This document shows positions 26,401-39,449 of a stretch of DNA of 64,000 nt, piece after piece (within the stretch, counting starts at the first letter, position 1; the number at the start of each line of letters is the position of its first letter). Below the pieces are notes generated by a model. That model was not told the origin of the DNA. It searched no databases and worked only from the letters and a program-made list of their open reading frames with translations. Source of the stretch: the human T2T-CHM13v2.0 reference genome, Homo sapiens; NCBI RefSeq assembly GCF_009914755.1, contig NC_060941.1, one strand, 5' to 3'. Both the position numbers and the translations under genes were made by a program.

Positions 26401-29319
26401 TCAAACGGAATGGAATGGAATGCGATGAAATGTTGTGGAGTGGAGTGGAATGGACTGGAATGGAATGGGGTGGAATGGAATTCAATGGAGTGGATTGGAG
26501 TGGAATGGCATGGAGTGGAATGGAATGGGAAGGAATGGAATTAAACGGAGTGGAGTGGAGTGGAGTGAAGTGGAATGAAATGCAATGGAATGGAATGGAG
26601 AAATCAAATGTGAGCTGAGATTATGCACTGCACTCCAGCCTGGGTGACCTAGTGAGATCCTGTCAAAAGAAAGGAATGGAATGGAATGGATTTGAAATGG
26701 AATGTAATGGAATGGAGTGGAGTGGAGTGGAATAGCGTGGAGTGGAGTGGAATGGAGTGGTATGGATTCTTATGGAATGGAATGGAATGCAGTGGACTGG
26801 AGTGGGGTGTAGTGCAGTGCAATGGAGTGGAATGGAATGAGATGGAAAGTAATGGAGTGGAGTGGAGTGGAGTGGAATGGTGTAGAATGGAGTGGAATGG
26901 AGTGGAGTGGAGTGGATTGCAGTTGAGTGGAGTGGATTGGAGTGCAGTGGAATGGAGTTGAATGGAGTGGAGTGGAATGAAGTGGAGTGGAGTGGAATGG
27001 AGTGGAATGGAATGGAGTGAAATGGAATGTAGTTTAATCAAATGGAATTGAATGGAATGGAATCGAATGGCATCGAATGGAATCGATTGGAATGCAGTGA
27101 AGTGGAGTGGAATGGAGTGGAATGAAGTGGAATGGAATGGGGTAGAATGGAATTGAATGGAGTGGACTGGATTGAAGTGGAAGGTAGTGGAGTGGAATGT
27201 AATGGGGAGGAATGGAATTGTACGGAGTGGAGTGGAGTGGAATGGAATGCAATGCAATAGCATGGAATGGAATGGTGAAAAGAAATGTGAGCTGAGATTG
27301 TGCACTGCACTCCAGCCTGGGTGACAGAGTGAAATCCTGTCGAAAGAAAGGAAGAGAATGGAAAGGATTTATAATGGAATGGAATGGAATGGATTTATAA
27401 TGGAATGTAATGCAATGTAGTGGAGTGGAGTGGAGTGGATTGGAGTGGAGTGGAATGGAGTGGAATGGAATTGAGTGGAGTGGAATGGAGTGGAGTGGAA
27501 TGGAGTGGAATGGAATTGAGAGGAGTGGAATGGAATGGAATGGAATGGAGTGCAATTGAATGGAATGGAATGGAATGGAATGGAATGGAGTGCAATTGAA
27601 TGGAATGGAATGGAATGGAATGGAGTGGAATGGAGTGGAATGGAGTGGAGTGTAATGGAGTGGAGTGCAGTGGAATGAAGTGGATTGGAGTGGAATGGAA
27701 TGGAGTGGAATGGAGTGGAGTGGAGTGGAATGGAATGGAGTGGAATGGAATGGAATGCGGTGAAGTGGAGTGCAGTGGAGTGGAATGAAGTGGAATGGAA
27801 TGGGGTGGAATGGAATTGAATAGCGTGGAGTGGAGTGGGTGGAATGGACTGTAGTGGAATGGAATTTCGCCGTAGATAAAAACTAGTATTTCCGCCTACC
27901 ATTGAGTTTACTTATAGCTAACCAAAACGGCACTCTGTCTCGGGAATACAGATTTGCCTAGAGGTATCCTATTGCAGTCAAAGAAAGAGCAATGAGGGGT
28001 AGAAAAGTTTAGTGATGGAGACACCAAAGCTGCATTTTACAAAACACAGTGTAAAAACTTTACGGATTGGTTCTGCTAACTTACTACAGTTTACATTCCT
28101 CTCAGGTGGCAGAATTGTTGAGTTTTTTCTTAAGATAGAAAAGCAATTCAGATAATCTGAAATCTCCACAAGAAGGTTAAGAAGCAGAACAGAAATTATT
28201 CTAGGCAGGAAGTCAATCCTTTAAACTGTCTGTGCTCCATAGAAACAATTGTCTGCACTGGGAGTCATATGCGGTACAGACAACAGCCAGACCTCTGATC
28301 CTCTCATTTGTGATTTCAGAAGAAATTACCAGTCAACTGAGTAATTCACTGACTAAAGTATACATTTGGCACTGAAAGAGGTTAGACGGATAACTATTTG
28401 TATCACTATATTCATGAAGCTGGAATATTTTCCATTACTCGTATCACATCCGAATGGAAGATTTTAAAAGCTCTCTCATCTTGTAAGATGGATATGAAAG
28501 AACATTGTCTGAGAAATGAAATTATTAACACACCTGCGAGGTGGATGGAAGAGAAAAAAAGAATAATCAGCTTGAGTTCTTCTCCTTGATAAGACAACTC
28601 ACTAAAAACATAGAGAGAAAAATACAAGTTTAAAATAATTAACCAGAAGAAGACAACTCCAGAGTTTTTAAATGGCTGATAAGATTTTAATTTGCTGCAA
28701 GTTGAAAATAACTATATTGCTTGTGTTTTAAGGCACATAATGAGCAATTATATCACACATGATAGGTTCAGCAGTAAAATATTATCCGTTAACAGCTGGT
28801 ACTCATAAAAGCATAGCACAATGTGAAGATGGAATTTTCTAAAATAAACCATCTTCTGAAAACTACTATTCTGTAAATTTAAAAACAAAGTTTATATGTT
28901 ATTTGTCTTATTTAATAGGTCTGTGAAAAAATGAGATATTTGAAAAGTAGGTGCTACCTTAATTAGTTCTTTATATTAGACAGCTGGTTACAGTAATGCA
29001 CAGTAAGGTACTACATACAAATGTGGCTAAATTTTCTGCATATACTATGTATTTAGCTTAAATTATTTGAAATTTTATAGTTAAAGTAACAAATGTATAT
29101 TTAAATGTTTTGACACAAATTGCAAATATACCTTTAAAAAGCATCTTACACTCTAAATATTATTTGTCACCTATATATTTGTCTTTTCTCTGTAGGAAAT
29201 TTTAAATATTTCCCTTGAAGCTTTAATTATTTCAGTCTATAAAACAAACTGATAATGTTCAAATTAACAGGAAAAAAAGGTTTACAGATATGTGCACAAG
29301 TATGCACTTGGAGTTTACA

Positions 29320-29390
29320 TAATATATATAAATATATATACAAATATTTTTATATTATACATAGATATACAAATATATACTATATATATA
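29320..29390. repeat. Degenerate (TA)n / AT-rich simple repeat
   Basis: aatatatataaatatatata...tatatatata. Confidence 0.7.
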
Positions 29391-29469
29391 AAAACTCCAG
29401 GAAAGGCAAGGTAGTCAACACGCCTATGCTGTCTTGAGGTTACAGAAAACACAGACCTGTACGTTGGTC

Positions 29470-30121
<652 letters not shown>

Positions 30122-30231
30122 TATGTACAATAAATATTATTGTGATTTTTAATCTTTACTCTTCTGTGGAGAAAACACAGGTGTGATTTCTAGTGTAGCT
30201 GAATATCACATTTATTTGACAATATTGCACT

Positions 30232-30252
30232 TGTGTGTGTGTGTGTGTGTGT
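30232..30252. repeat. (TG)n microsatellite
   Basis: tgtgtgtgtgtgtgtgtgtgt. Confidence 0.9.
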
Positions 30253-31095
30253 AGCTACTCTTTACCTTTGTTCTCACTTAATGATTAGATATTAACAATT
30301 AATTCAGTAACATGTATGTTTTGCAATATTTCTCCATGTTATGTTTTAAATTAGATTAATCATGCCCTTATAATGTGTACAGTTTAACCTTTGACTATAG
30401 GTCTCAATCTTACTTTGGCTCCTGTATTTGAATTTGTGCTAATAAAGTCCTACCGCTAAAAAGGATTATATAAACTTATCTACATTTTTACTAGTATTCT
30501 GGTGTCATTTTAAATTATGTAATTAAATCAAATTTTAATTTGGATTATTGTTATCTGAGTTAAGGATCTAAATTTTTAATTTTCTTATAGATGTTACATA
30601 ACTATTTCTGAACCATATATTGACTAATCTGCCCTTTATATGATGTGCATTATAAGAGCTTGGGATTGATTCATTTGCAAAGATGAATGCTTGAGAAGTA
30701 GATATTTAATCATAACATTTCAAAATCTACTGGATAACCTAGAATTGAAAAATAGCCTATAGGTTGAAAAACTCCTGTAGTGAAGAAAGAAAATAACTAA
30801 TATAAAGTGACAATATAAATATTATAAGTATTTATTTTATTATCGCCCTGAAATGTGATAATACAAACATGTAATATCTACATATCATCCATATAGCAGG
30901 TCATAAAAAATCAATACATTCTTCAAAAATTTAGCATAACAGAAAATGCACTCTCTCTCTCCTTGATGGAATTAAGTTACAAATAAAAGTAAAAATAAGT
31001 AGATAAGTAGATGGAAGTAGATGTTTAAAAACAAAGAAAAATATTTGTTTTGGATAACATAAAAACTCAATTGACAATTCCAATATTTCAAGAAC

Positions 31096-31288
31096 TTTGG
31101 CTGTCAACCGGTGAAGAGTTTTCCCCAGGAGACATTTGTCAATGTCTAGCGTTATTGTGGGGATGTCAAGACTGGTGGAGGTGTGAAATTTAGAGGTCAA
31201 ACGAATCACCTAGCATTGCTAGGGCAGCCTCCCACAACAAAGAATCCTCTGGTCCTAAAGGTAAGTACACCAAAGTTGAGAAACCATA
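31096..31288 (+). mobile_element. MER20-like hAT DNA transposon fossil
   Basis: ctgtcaaccgg..ccccaggagacatttgtcaatgtct ... cccacaacaaagaat ... gttgagaaacc matches the recalled MER20 consensus ends and core. Confidence 0.75.
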
Positions 31289-31399
31289 ATCTAGACAGGA
31301 AACACTATGTAGCTATTCCAAGTGCTCAGGAAAACACATCAGTGCCCTCGAGGGGAAAAGTGTAAACATTTTAATTGCTGTACATGGTGACACAAATGC

Positions 31400-31856
31400 A
31401 TGTTGTTAATCTAAGTGGAAGAGGCTGAAGCACAAAACGTAATTCAAAGAGTTTACTTGAGCCACAATGAGGACAGCTGCCTGGAAGAAACAGACCCAAG
31501 TATCCTTGGATATGAACTCCATCTGGAGCTTTGCAACAAGCAGTTTCTTAAAGGCAAAAATGGGATAAGAAGTGGGATGATGCAAAGAGCTTTGTCACAA
31601 ATTCTCATTGGCTTATGGAAATAACAATTATTAGTGACTGGCTGTACACTGTTACACTATTATTGGGTGTGGATTGTAGTGTCTGGTGTGGCATTATTGG
31701 TTAATTTATAGCTACTGGGGCAACAGCAAGCAGCCTAGATGAACACACAGCTCAACGAGGAGCAGGACAGAACTGCTGTCTCATTTGAATAACTCTCTGG
31801 GCCTGATTATTTCAAAGGACTTGCGTTTCTCACATGAAAGTTATTTTCTTTTCTCA
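31400..31856 (-). mobile_element. ERV1 solo LTR (MER4 group, MER65/MER93-like)
   Basis: Minus strand begins TGAGAAAAGAAAATAACTTTCATGTGAGAAACGCAAGTCCTTTGAAATAATCAGGCCCAGAGAG and ends ...AACA. Confidence 0.6.
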
Positions 31857-32029
31857 ATTTCAATAAATGAGAATAAATAGACGTAAAATAGATCTTTTCG
31901 AGGATGAAGTAAATGGAATAAAAAACAAAACCCAAGCTGACCAGAAATCATAGAGGGAAGAAAAGGTTATAAATATATGGATTTTTCAAAGTGATTTTAA
32001 GCTATTAGGAATCAGTTAAATGCTGGGAG

Positions 32030-32584
32030 ATTTTGTCTGAGTATAGGCTAAAGGAGAATGTCCCTTTTGCCTTCTGAAGTTTCCCTGAAAATCACTAATA
32101 GGAGGCAGATAAATAGTAGAAAAGGCATACAGGTTTCTGCAATGTGTGTACACTGGAGCCCTTAGAATGAAGACGCAGACACAAGATGGGTGCAGAAGCT
32201 TATCTACCACATGAAGTTTACAGAAAGAATGGGGTCTTGGATCACAGGGGAAAAAAAAAGGTTATGTGAGAAAAGGACCCTGACTAGCAACAGTGGACTT
32301 ATTACATAGATGAAACCTCACTGGGAGCAGGCCTCAGAGAGAATAGACAGAAAATGTTTGTTTCAGACCTTTGGAGACCTCAGACGCTAAGTTAACCTTT
32401 CCTAGATCCAGACAAGTTAGCAGACCTCAGAGAAAGTCTGGCTGCATCAAAGTAGATTCTCTACAAATGCAACTCTCCCCAAGACAGCTTTGCAGCTAAG
32501 TTTGCATTTCCAGCCCTTCTGAATAGCCATTTTGAAATATATCAAGGAAATATATTTTGGGGTAAAACATATTGGATTCCTTCA
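32030..32584 (-). mobile_element. ERV1 solo LTR (MER34/MER39-like)
   Basis: Minus strand begins TGAAGGAATCCAATATGTTTTACCCCAAAATATATTTCCTTGATATATTTCAAAATGGCTATTCAG. Confidence 0.65.
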
Positions 32585-32779
32585 TACAGCTATAAAACAT
32601 ACAGAAATAATTTTTGTCAATGTCTACTACAAATCCAATATAGCAGTAATTATAAAACCCACCAGATATTGAAGAAAAAATATGTAGAGTACATCACTTA
32701 CAAATATTGATACTAAAATGCCAAATAAAATAAAAATAGTATCCAACAATATTTGAAACACTAAGACAAGAAATTGGCA

Positions 32780-32810
<31 letters not shown>

Positions 32811-33162
32811 TATCCACCTTGGGGATGAAAGTGTGATTCCAAATTTGGTGATCCAATAATATTAATAATCATATTGATTACCCCAAATAAACAATAAATA
32901 GGGGATTCTCAGTACATGCGAAAATATATTTGTTAAAAGGTAATATTCATGTCTTTAAAGATTTTAAATGCTATAAAGAGTCTGATATTCTATATGCAAA
33001 CATGTATATGTCTATTAGAAGAAGAGAGGCTTGATTTTCATAAGTTACTACATAGAGATAGAGAAGTGGATAGATTAATTTGCATATTCATAGAGAAAGC
33101 ATAAAATAGAAATTTACTGTCATACTTAAAGGAATTTAAATTCAACAATAAAATAATTCAAA

Positions 33163-35840
33163 GGTAAAATTTGAAATATTTTTAAGTTACATTATTATTA
33201 GATAATATAATAATTGTGAAAATATTCAATGCTAAAATAAGATAGAATGTCTAAACCTCAGTATTAAAACTAGTATAAATATTTGCTTGTTTATACAAGG
33301 AAAATTCAAACTCAACCTAAAATTATATAGGAAATAAAAGAAAAATTTTAAGGGATCACTTTAATAACACAAACATATATATATATACACACACATATAA
33401 CATGCATATATGTTATATGGAATAGATATAGATTTAACATGTTATATCTATATTTGTATCTATCTATGACTACAGCTGTATGTATCTACATTTCTATATA
33501 TTTACTCAGTGATATAAATATAGACTGGAATAAATATAAATGCACATATCATTCTTGGATAAAAAGGATTTAGTATCATAAAGACAAATTCTTTCCAAAA
33601 TCACCTATGAATTCACAACAATATACAGTTTCATTAGTATAATTTAAAATTTTTAAATAAATTCCAAGATTCATTTAAGGGAATATACACGTATACCAGC
33701 AGCAAAGAAAGAAGTAAGAGTGCACTAAACTAACTTGCTATTAAAATACATTTTTAAACTTAGTAACTAAAACTGAGAAGTACTGATTTGGATTACTGGA
33801 ATTTAGGTATATGAGATCTCAAAAGCATAGAGCTCAAAGGAGACCCCTGTATGCACGAGAGCTTAGGACTTGCTTTAGAAGGCATTACCAAACCACGGGC
33901 AAAGTTACTTTAGTGTCTTAGTCTTACTATGTTTGAAAAGCCAGAGAAAAGACTCAAGGCCACCATATAAGAGCAAAACAAAAGGACAGGGAGAGAATGT
34001 GAAGATACTGAAACATTTTACATAAAGTTGTATAAAACATACTTTAAAGAAAACGTAAAGTTTAGGATATACATCAAAATCAGCAAAACCACTAAATAAA
34101 TAAATGGCATTGTAAAGTAGCAAGAGAAAATTTAAATGGATTTCTAAAAAATATTGACACCTATGATTTTTAAAATATGTTTAAGAAATCCCATATTTCA
34201 CAGGGCAGCCTTTCACAACATAGATATATTAGGACATAAAGGTCCTTCTGTTTTTAATTTACTAGTGTTTATAGGGTTAAAATTGTCTTCTACCCTTGTC
34301 TTTTGTCTGATGGTGCACAAAATTTTCATAAGCATGTACTTCTGAGTGCCTGATGGATTGACATATATAATATGCTGCTAGTATTAAAATATGTGACAGA
34401 AAACGCATCCAAACTTCTTACTGTTTGCATAAATTCTAGTTTTCTCCTATTTACCTCAAGCACGTATGGAGCGAATTCTTACCTTTTAATATTGCCATGG
34501 TAAAATTTTAAATATTTTAACAGGTACATTATTAATATTAGATAATATTTATAATTGTGAAAATATTCAATGCTAAAATAAGATACAATGTCTAAACATC
34601 AGTATTAAAACTAGTGTAAATATTTGCTTGTTTATACAAGGAAAATTCAAGCTCGACCTAAAATTATATGGGAAATAAAAGAAAAATTTTAAGGGAGCTC
34701 TTTAATAACATAAACATATATATATATACACACACACATATAACATGTATGTATGTTACATGGGATAGATATAGATTTAACATGTTATATCTATATTTGT
34801 ATCTATAACTACAGCTGTATGTATCTACATTTCTATATCTTTACTCAGTGATATAAATATAGACTGGAATAAATATAAGGACATATATGATTCTTGGATA
34901 AAAAGGATTTAGTATCATAAAGACAAATTCTTTCCAAATTCACTTATGAATTCACAACAATATACAGTTTCATTAGTATAATTTAATATTTCTAAATAAA
35001 TTCCAAGATTCATTTAAAGGAATATACATGTATACAAGCAGTCAAGAAAGAAGGAAGAGTGCACTAAACTAACTTGCTATTAAAATACATTTTTAAACTT
35101 AGTCACTAAAACTGAGCAGTACTGATTTGGAGTACTGGAATTTAGGTATATGGGATCTCAAAAGCACAGAGCTCAAAGGAGACCCCTGTATGCACGAGAG
35201 ATTAGGATGTGCTTTGGAAGGCATTACCAAACCACAGGCAAAGTTACTTTAGTGTCTTAGTCTTACTAGGTTTGAAAAGCCAGAGAAAAGACTCAAGAAC
35301 ACCATATAAGAGCAAAACAAAAGGACAGGGAGAGAATGTGAAGATACTAAAACATTTTACATAAAGTTGTATAAAACATCTTTTAAAGAAAATATAAAGT
35401 TTAGGATATACATCAAAATCAGCAGAGCCACTAAATAAATAAATAGGCATTGTAAAATAACAAGAGAAAATTTAAATGGATTTCTAAAAAATATTGACAC
35501 CTATGATTTTTAAAATATGTTTAAGAAATCCTGTATTTCACAGGGCAGCCTTTTACAACACAGATATGTTAGGACATAAAGGTCCTTCTGTTTTTAATTT
35601 ACTAGTGTTTATAGGGTTACAAATGTCTTCTACCTTTGTCTTTTGTCTGATGGTGCAAAAAATTTTCATAAGCATGTATTTCTGAATGCTTAATGGATTG
35701 ACATATATAATATGCTGCTAGTATTAAAATATGTGACGGAAAACGCATCCAATCTTCTCACTGTTTACATAAATTCTAGGTTTCTCCTATTTACCTCAAG
35801 CACGTATGGAGCGAATTCTTACCTTTTAATATTGCCATGG
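33163..35840 (+). repeat. Head-to-tail 1.34-kb tandem duplication (33163-34500 and 34499-35840) of AT-rich, partly old-L1-like DNA
   Basis: Both copies run from ggtaaaattt to accttttaatattgccatgg. Paired ORFs 33905/35244 and 34154/35494 are near-identical. Junction ccatGG|taaaa has GG microhomology. Confidence 0.95.
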
Positions 35841-35869
35841 CATTCACATTGAACATAAGTTGAACTCTC

Positions 35870-36994
35870 TCATATGGTAGCTGGGTTCAGATTCCCTTGA
35901 CAATTTCCAGTTCTAACCCTCACAGTTCCTCAGTGTGGCTGGCCCAGATATTGACCCTACACAGTTGCCTCCTCCTGGTGACTACCAGCTATGGAACCGT
36001 TGGATACAACCTACCTGACTCACCCCACAGACCTCACAGCGCACATGGACAGCCCCCACACGCCAGAGTGACCTGCTCGGTTGCAGCGGGAGTCAAGAAA
36101 TGTGCCTGCTGGCACTCACCCCACCGACTAGTGCCCCGTGGAAAACTTATTTGGATAATGTTCTGGGCCCAATAAAGGCTGGAGTCCCACAGACCCCTTT
36201 TCTCTCTCCTGCTCCCCACTCATCTTCCCCATTTTGTTCAGCCCTATGAGGTGTGCTACTGTATTAGTCCATTTTCACACCGCCGGTAAAGACATGCCCA
36301 AGACTGGGTAATTTCCAGAAGAAAGAGGTTTAATAGACACACAGTTCCACATGGATGGGTAGGCCACACAATCATGGTGGAAGGTGAAAGGCACGTCTCA
36401 CATGGCAGCAGACAAGAGAGCTTGTGCAGGGAAACTCCCCTTTATAAAACCATCAGATCTTGTGAGACTTATTTACTATCAGAAGAACAGCATGGGAAAG
36501 GCCTGCCCCCATGATTCAATTACCTCCAACCTGTTCCCTCCCACAACATGTGGGAATTCAAGATGAGATTTGGCTGGGGACACAGCTAAACCCTCTTCTC
36601 AGCTACCCTCTTCTCTCTGGATCTGTGAGTAATAAAACCACTTCTGTGATTTCCCATGTTTGGTCCTGTGGCCTCCATATGTCTGAGCTGACCTACACTG
36701 GAACCTAACTCTCCTCCTGGCCAGCGTCTCTGAGAGTGCCTCTTGTCAGAAATACACAGGACACAGGTCAGGCAACAGTCACCAGGCATCTCCTAGTCTC
36801 AATAGATGTTCTGTGAGAGGGAGGCCTGGTCGTGGGATGCACACCTGGCCACTGCTGGGGTAAGGAAGTGTCATGTGAAAGGCACATGTTAAGCATCCAC
36901 AACCCCCTGCCCAGAACCCCAGAAAGGCAGGGCTCCAATTGACAGCCACTCTCCAGAGACAAACCTCAAGCCCTAACTGGAGGAAAATAAAACA
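35870..36994 (+). mobile_element. ERVL LTR (MER73/MER74/MER54-like) interrupted by THE1
   Basis: ctgtgagtaataaacc, ggacacaggtcag, gtgaaaggcaca, agccactctccagagac..acctcaag and aggaaaataaaaca match the recalled 3' half of this family. Confidence 0.65.
36260..36592 (-). mobile_element. THE1 (MaLR) LTR nested in the older LTR
   Basis: tgtattagtccattttcac...aaaccatcagatcttgtgagactta...caagatgagatttggctggggacacag. Confidence 0.88.
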
Positions 36995-38169
36995 ATGTAA
37001 AAATTTGAATTTATCTTACTATTTCAATGATCCAGTAAAGACATTCTATGACTGTACACCACATATTTTCTTCGATTGTGGATGTATTTTAGATAAAATT
37101 TTATGTCTGGCTTTCACTTTAGCCTGGTCCCTATCTCAAGTATAAGGTAAAGATTTTCCATGAGTTCTTTTATGGTACTACTACCTGCCAGTGTGGGCTC
37201 ATGTCCTAGTATATCTTGAGGGAATCCCCCTATTCATTATTGTCAGAGTGAGACTGTTAAGTCTTGATTTCCCTGGACAACTTCATTGCATGACTTTTAA
37301 TATGATTTTTAAATATACCCTTTACTGGACAATAAATTATATAGGTATCTAAGTAAGAGACATGGTCAGGAAGAGGCATTGCCTCATTCAGCTTTTCTGT
37401 TTGGTGAACTTGCATATGTTCTCCTCACCCACCAGTCACCTCTAAACCGTATTGTTCCAAGACAAAAAACAGAACTCGAGTGTGTATCTTTCACCACTGG
37501 ATTTGTCTTTGCTCCATAAAGCTTAATGCTTAATAGGGTTTCTGTTAGCATTTTCTCTATTTATTTTCACATAAAATATCACAGGCCTTCTTCATATGGA
37601 ATTATGGGTGATTTCCTTCAATCTGCATCATATCAAGTTGAGGTTCATGTTGATGGAAAGTAAAACATACGTTTAAAATATCAGTAATGAAGTTTTCCCT
37701 TCCTTTTTAGCACATGTGCTTGTGAGAGTCATTGTAATACAATTCTAGTCTCATGCTTCGATCATTCCTAAGATGAAGATAACATTTTTAGATAAAATAT
37801 CTGAGTTTTATGAGGCCTTTTGTATATGATGTGATAGAATATCGGAAGACCATACTTTTTTCTAGTTTTCCATGCAATTCTATCATTGTTGCATCTTTAC
37901 TCCTACCAGAGTAATTTTCCAGAATAGATATCTTGTCATTCTTCCTGTTGTTATCAGTAAATAAGTGAAATGAAAAGCTAGATTATATAATTTATCTAGA
38001 ACAAGAAAGTAGAATTGAATCTATATTCATTAATGAGACTAAGCAGTCAATTACACAGATAGGCATATTACATTTTGAAGATCATATGGATCCATTGTCA
38101 GATATATTATTATTTATGTCTACATGGACATCACCTGTGCATATTTATGTAGAAATCAATGAGAGCTGA

Positions 38170-38481
<312 letters not shown>

Positions 38482-39449
38482 TGGAAGCTGATTTTTAAAA
38501 TACTGAGATCATATAGATGACAGCACCTGAAAAACAGACAACACCAAGCTTTATGTTAAAAGGTGTGAGGGTATCAATATTGTTGTGGCTATTGGGGAGG
38601 AAAACATTAGTAAAACCAGTGAGTTAAAACTGTTGCTTTAAACTTTGGCTTTAAGTCAACAAATGTTCTCTGTGGTGATAGTATGTATGTAACCATGCTA
38701 TGCCCATTCACAGATGCAGTAGAGGGAAGAATTTCTCAAAGACAACTGTTCTAAGATTGAAATTAAACCGTACTGGGTTTGAAAAGAGAAAGTCCAGGAA
38801 TTACCAAATATTTTAGATATCAGATACAAGAGAATGCAGGTATGCGATGATAATCAGTAATGGTTGTTCACACAATATATCAAATCAGTATTTGAATTAG
38901 CTTTTGAATTACAAGGACAAATGGATCAAGTCTTGACTCTTTAGTAGATAAATCTTATTAGGCTGAGATGTGTTTTCGCCTGTTTTTCCACAAGGAGATT
39001 GCAAATTTGCAAACCGCAGCTGCTCTCATTTTATGCTCTCACCGATCCAAAAGCTGAAGTTCATCAATCAGTGTGTCTAAGTGTTCACTAGTTATATACC
39101 ATTTTGTAGTTTAGGCTATCTTTCCAACTTCCTAAATCATCACCTTCATTTGACCTTGTTTTTTTCCACTATCACTTCTTTATTGACCATATAAAGAATA
39201 CAAGTAAGTTCTTATTTTGTTATTGTTCATTTTAGTCTAATCTCATCAAAATATCATAATTCTTTAATTTCATTTTAATTTCAAAGATTAAATGAAACCT
39301 ACATAGAAATGAGTGTAAGATTGCATTTGCGTTATTTTGGCATCAATTTGCTATCCTCCCTCATACACATAGAGATCATTTCCATGTACGTGATTTCAAA
39401 CATCCAAGTGCAGTATTAAAAGCAGTTGTAAATTATGGTTCTCATTTTC

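Larger units (their letters stand above)
1678..27030 (+). repeat. ~16-kb-period higher-order duplication within the satellite (about 1678-11930 vs 17670-27030)
   Basis: Collinear cassette-specific variants: 2525/18638 (ataaaatgtgagttgag), 3724/19878 (aaaggtgagc), 4064/21062, 5855/21860 (aaatcaaatgtg), 6567/22627 (gctca, gacacag), 7399/23519 (tgcacac, gagacag), 8016/24107, 10514/25773 and 11496/26610 (gacctag). Confidence 0.88.
1..27341 (+). mobile_element. 38 amplified copies of a ~55-bp Alu right-arm 3' fragment embedded in the satellite
   Basis: Consensus GTGAGCTGAGATTGTGCACTGCACTCCAGCCTGGGTGACAGAGTGAGATCCTGTC matches the Alu 3' end (GTGAGCCGAGATCGCGCCACTGCACTCCAGCCTGGGCGACAGAGCGAGAC...). 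Approximate starts: 1 (partial), 466, 1157, 1678, 2525, 3724, 4064, 4962, 5855, 6567, 7399, 8016, 8586, 9312, 10514, 11496, 12491, 13199, 13785, 14276, 14518, 15266, 15892, 16363, 16605, 17348, 17670, 18638, 19878, 21062, 21860, 22627, 23519, 24107, 24666, 25773, 26610, 27287. Confidence 0.93.
1..27865 (+). repeat. Human satellite 3-like (GGAAT)n/(GGAGT)n array, composite with interspersed Alu 3' fragments
   Basis: Continuous pentamers GGAAT and GGAGT with GAATC/ATCGA-rich patches, all G-rich on the + strand. The last satellite pentamer ends at 27865, followed by unique sequence ttcgccgtag. Confidence 0.97.

Noticed and set aside
1-27341. CRISPR-like layout of conserved repeats with variable spacers
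   Set aside because: The repeat is Alu-derived, the spacers are long satellite DNA of variable length, there are no cas genes, and the DNA is primate.
1-27341. 38 independent Alu insertions or Pol III-competent Alus
   Set aside because: The shared truncation point, shared deletion and shared flanks indicate co-amplification; the fragments lack the left-arm A/B boxes.
102-27902. Hundreds of ORFs (MEWNG/VEWSG and HSIPF/HSTPL repeats, up to 535 aa)
   Set aside because: GGAAT/GGAGT pentamers and their complements lack stop codons, so these are translation artefacts of the satellite.
33905-35685. Paired similar ORFs suggesting a duplicated gene
   Set aside because: Short AT-rich ORFs with no recognisable domain, explained by the 1.34-kb tandem duplication.
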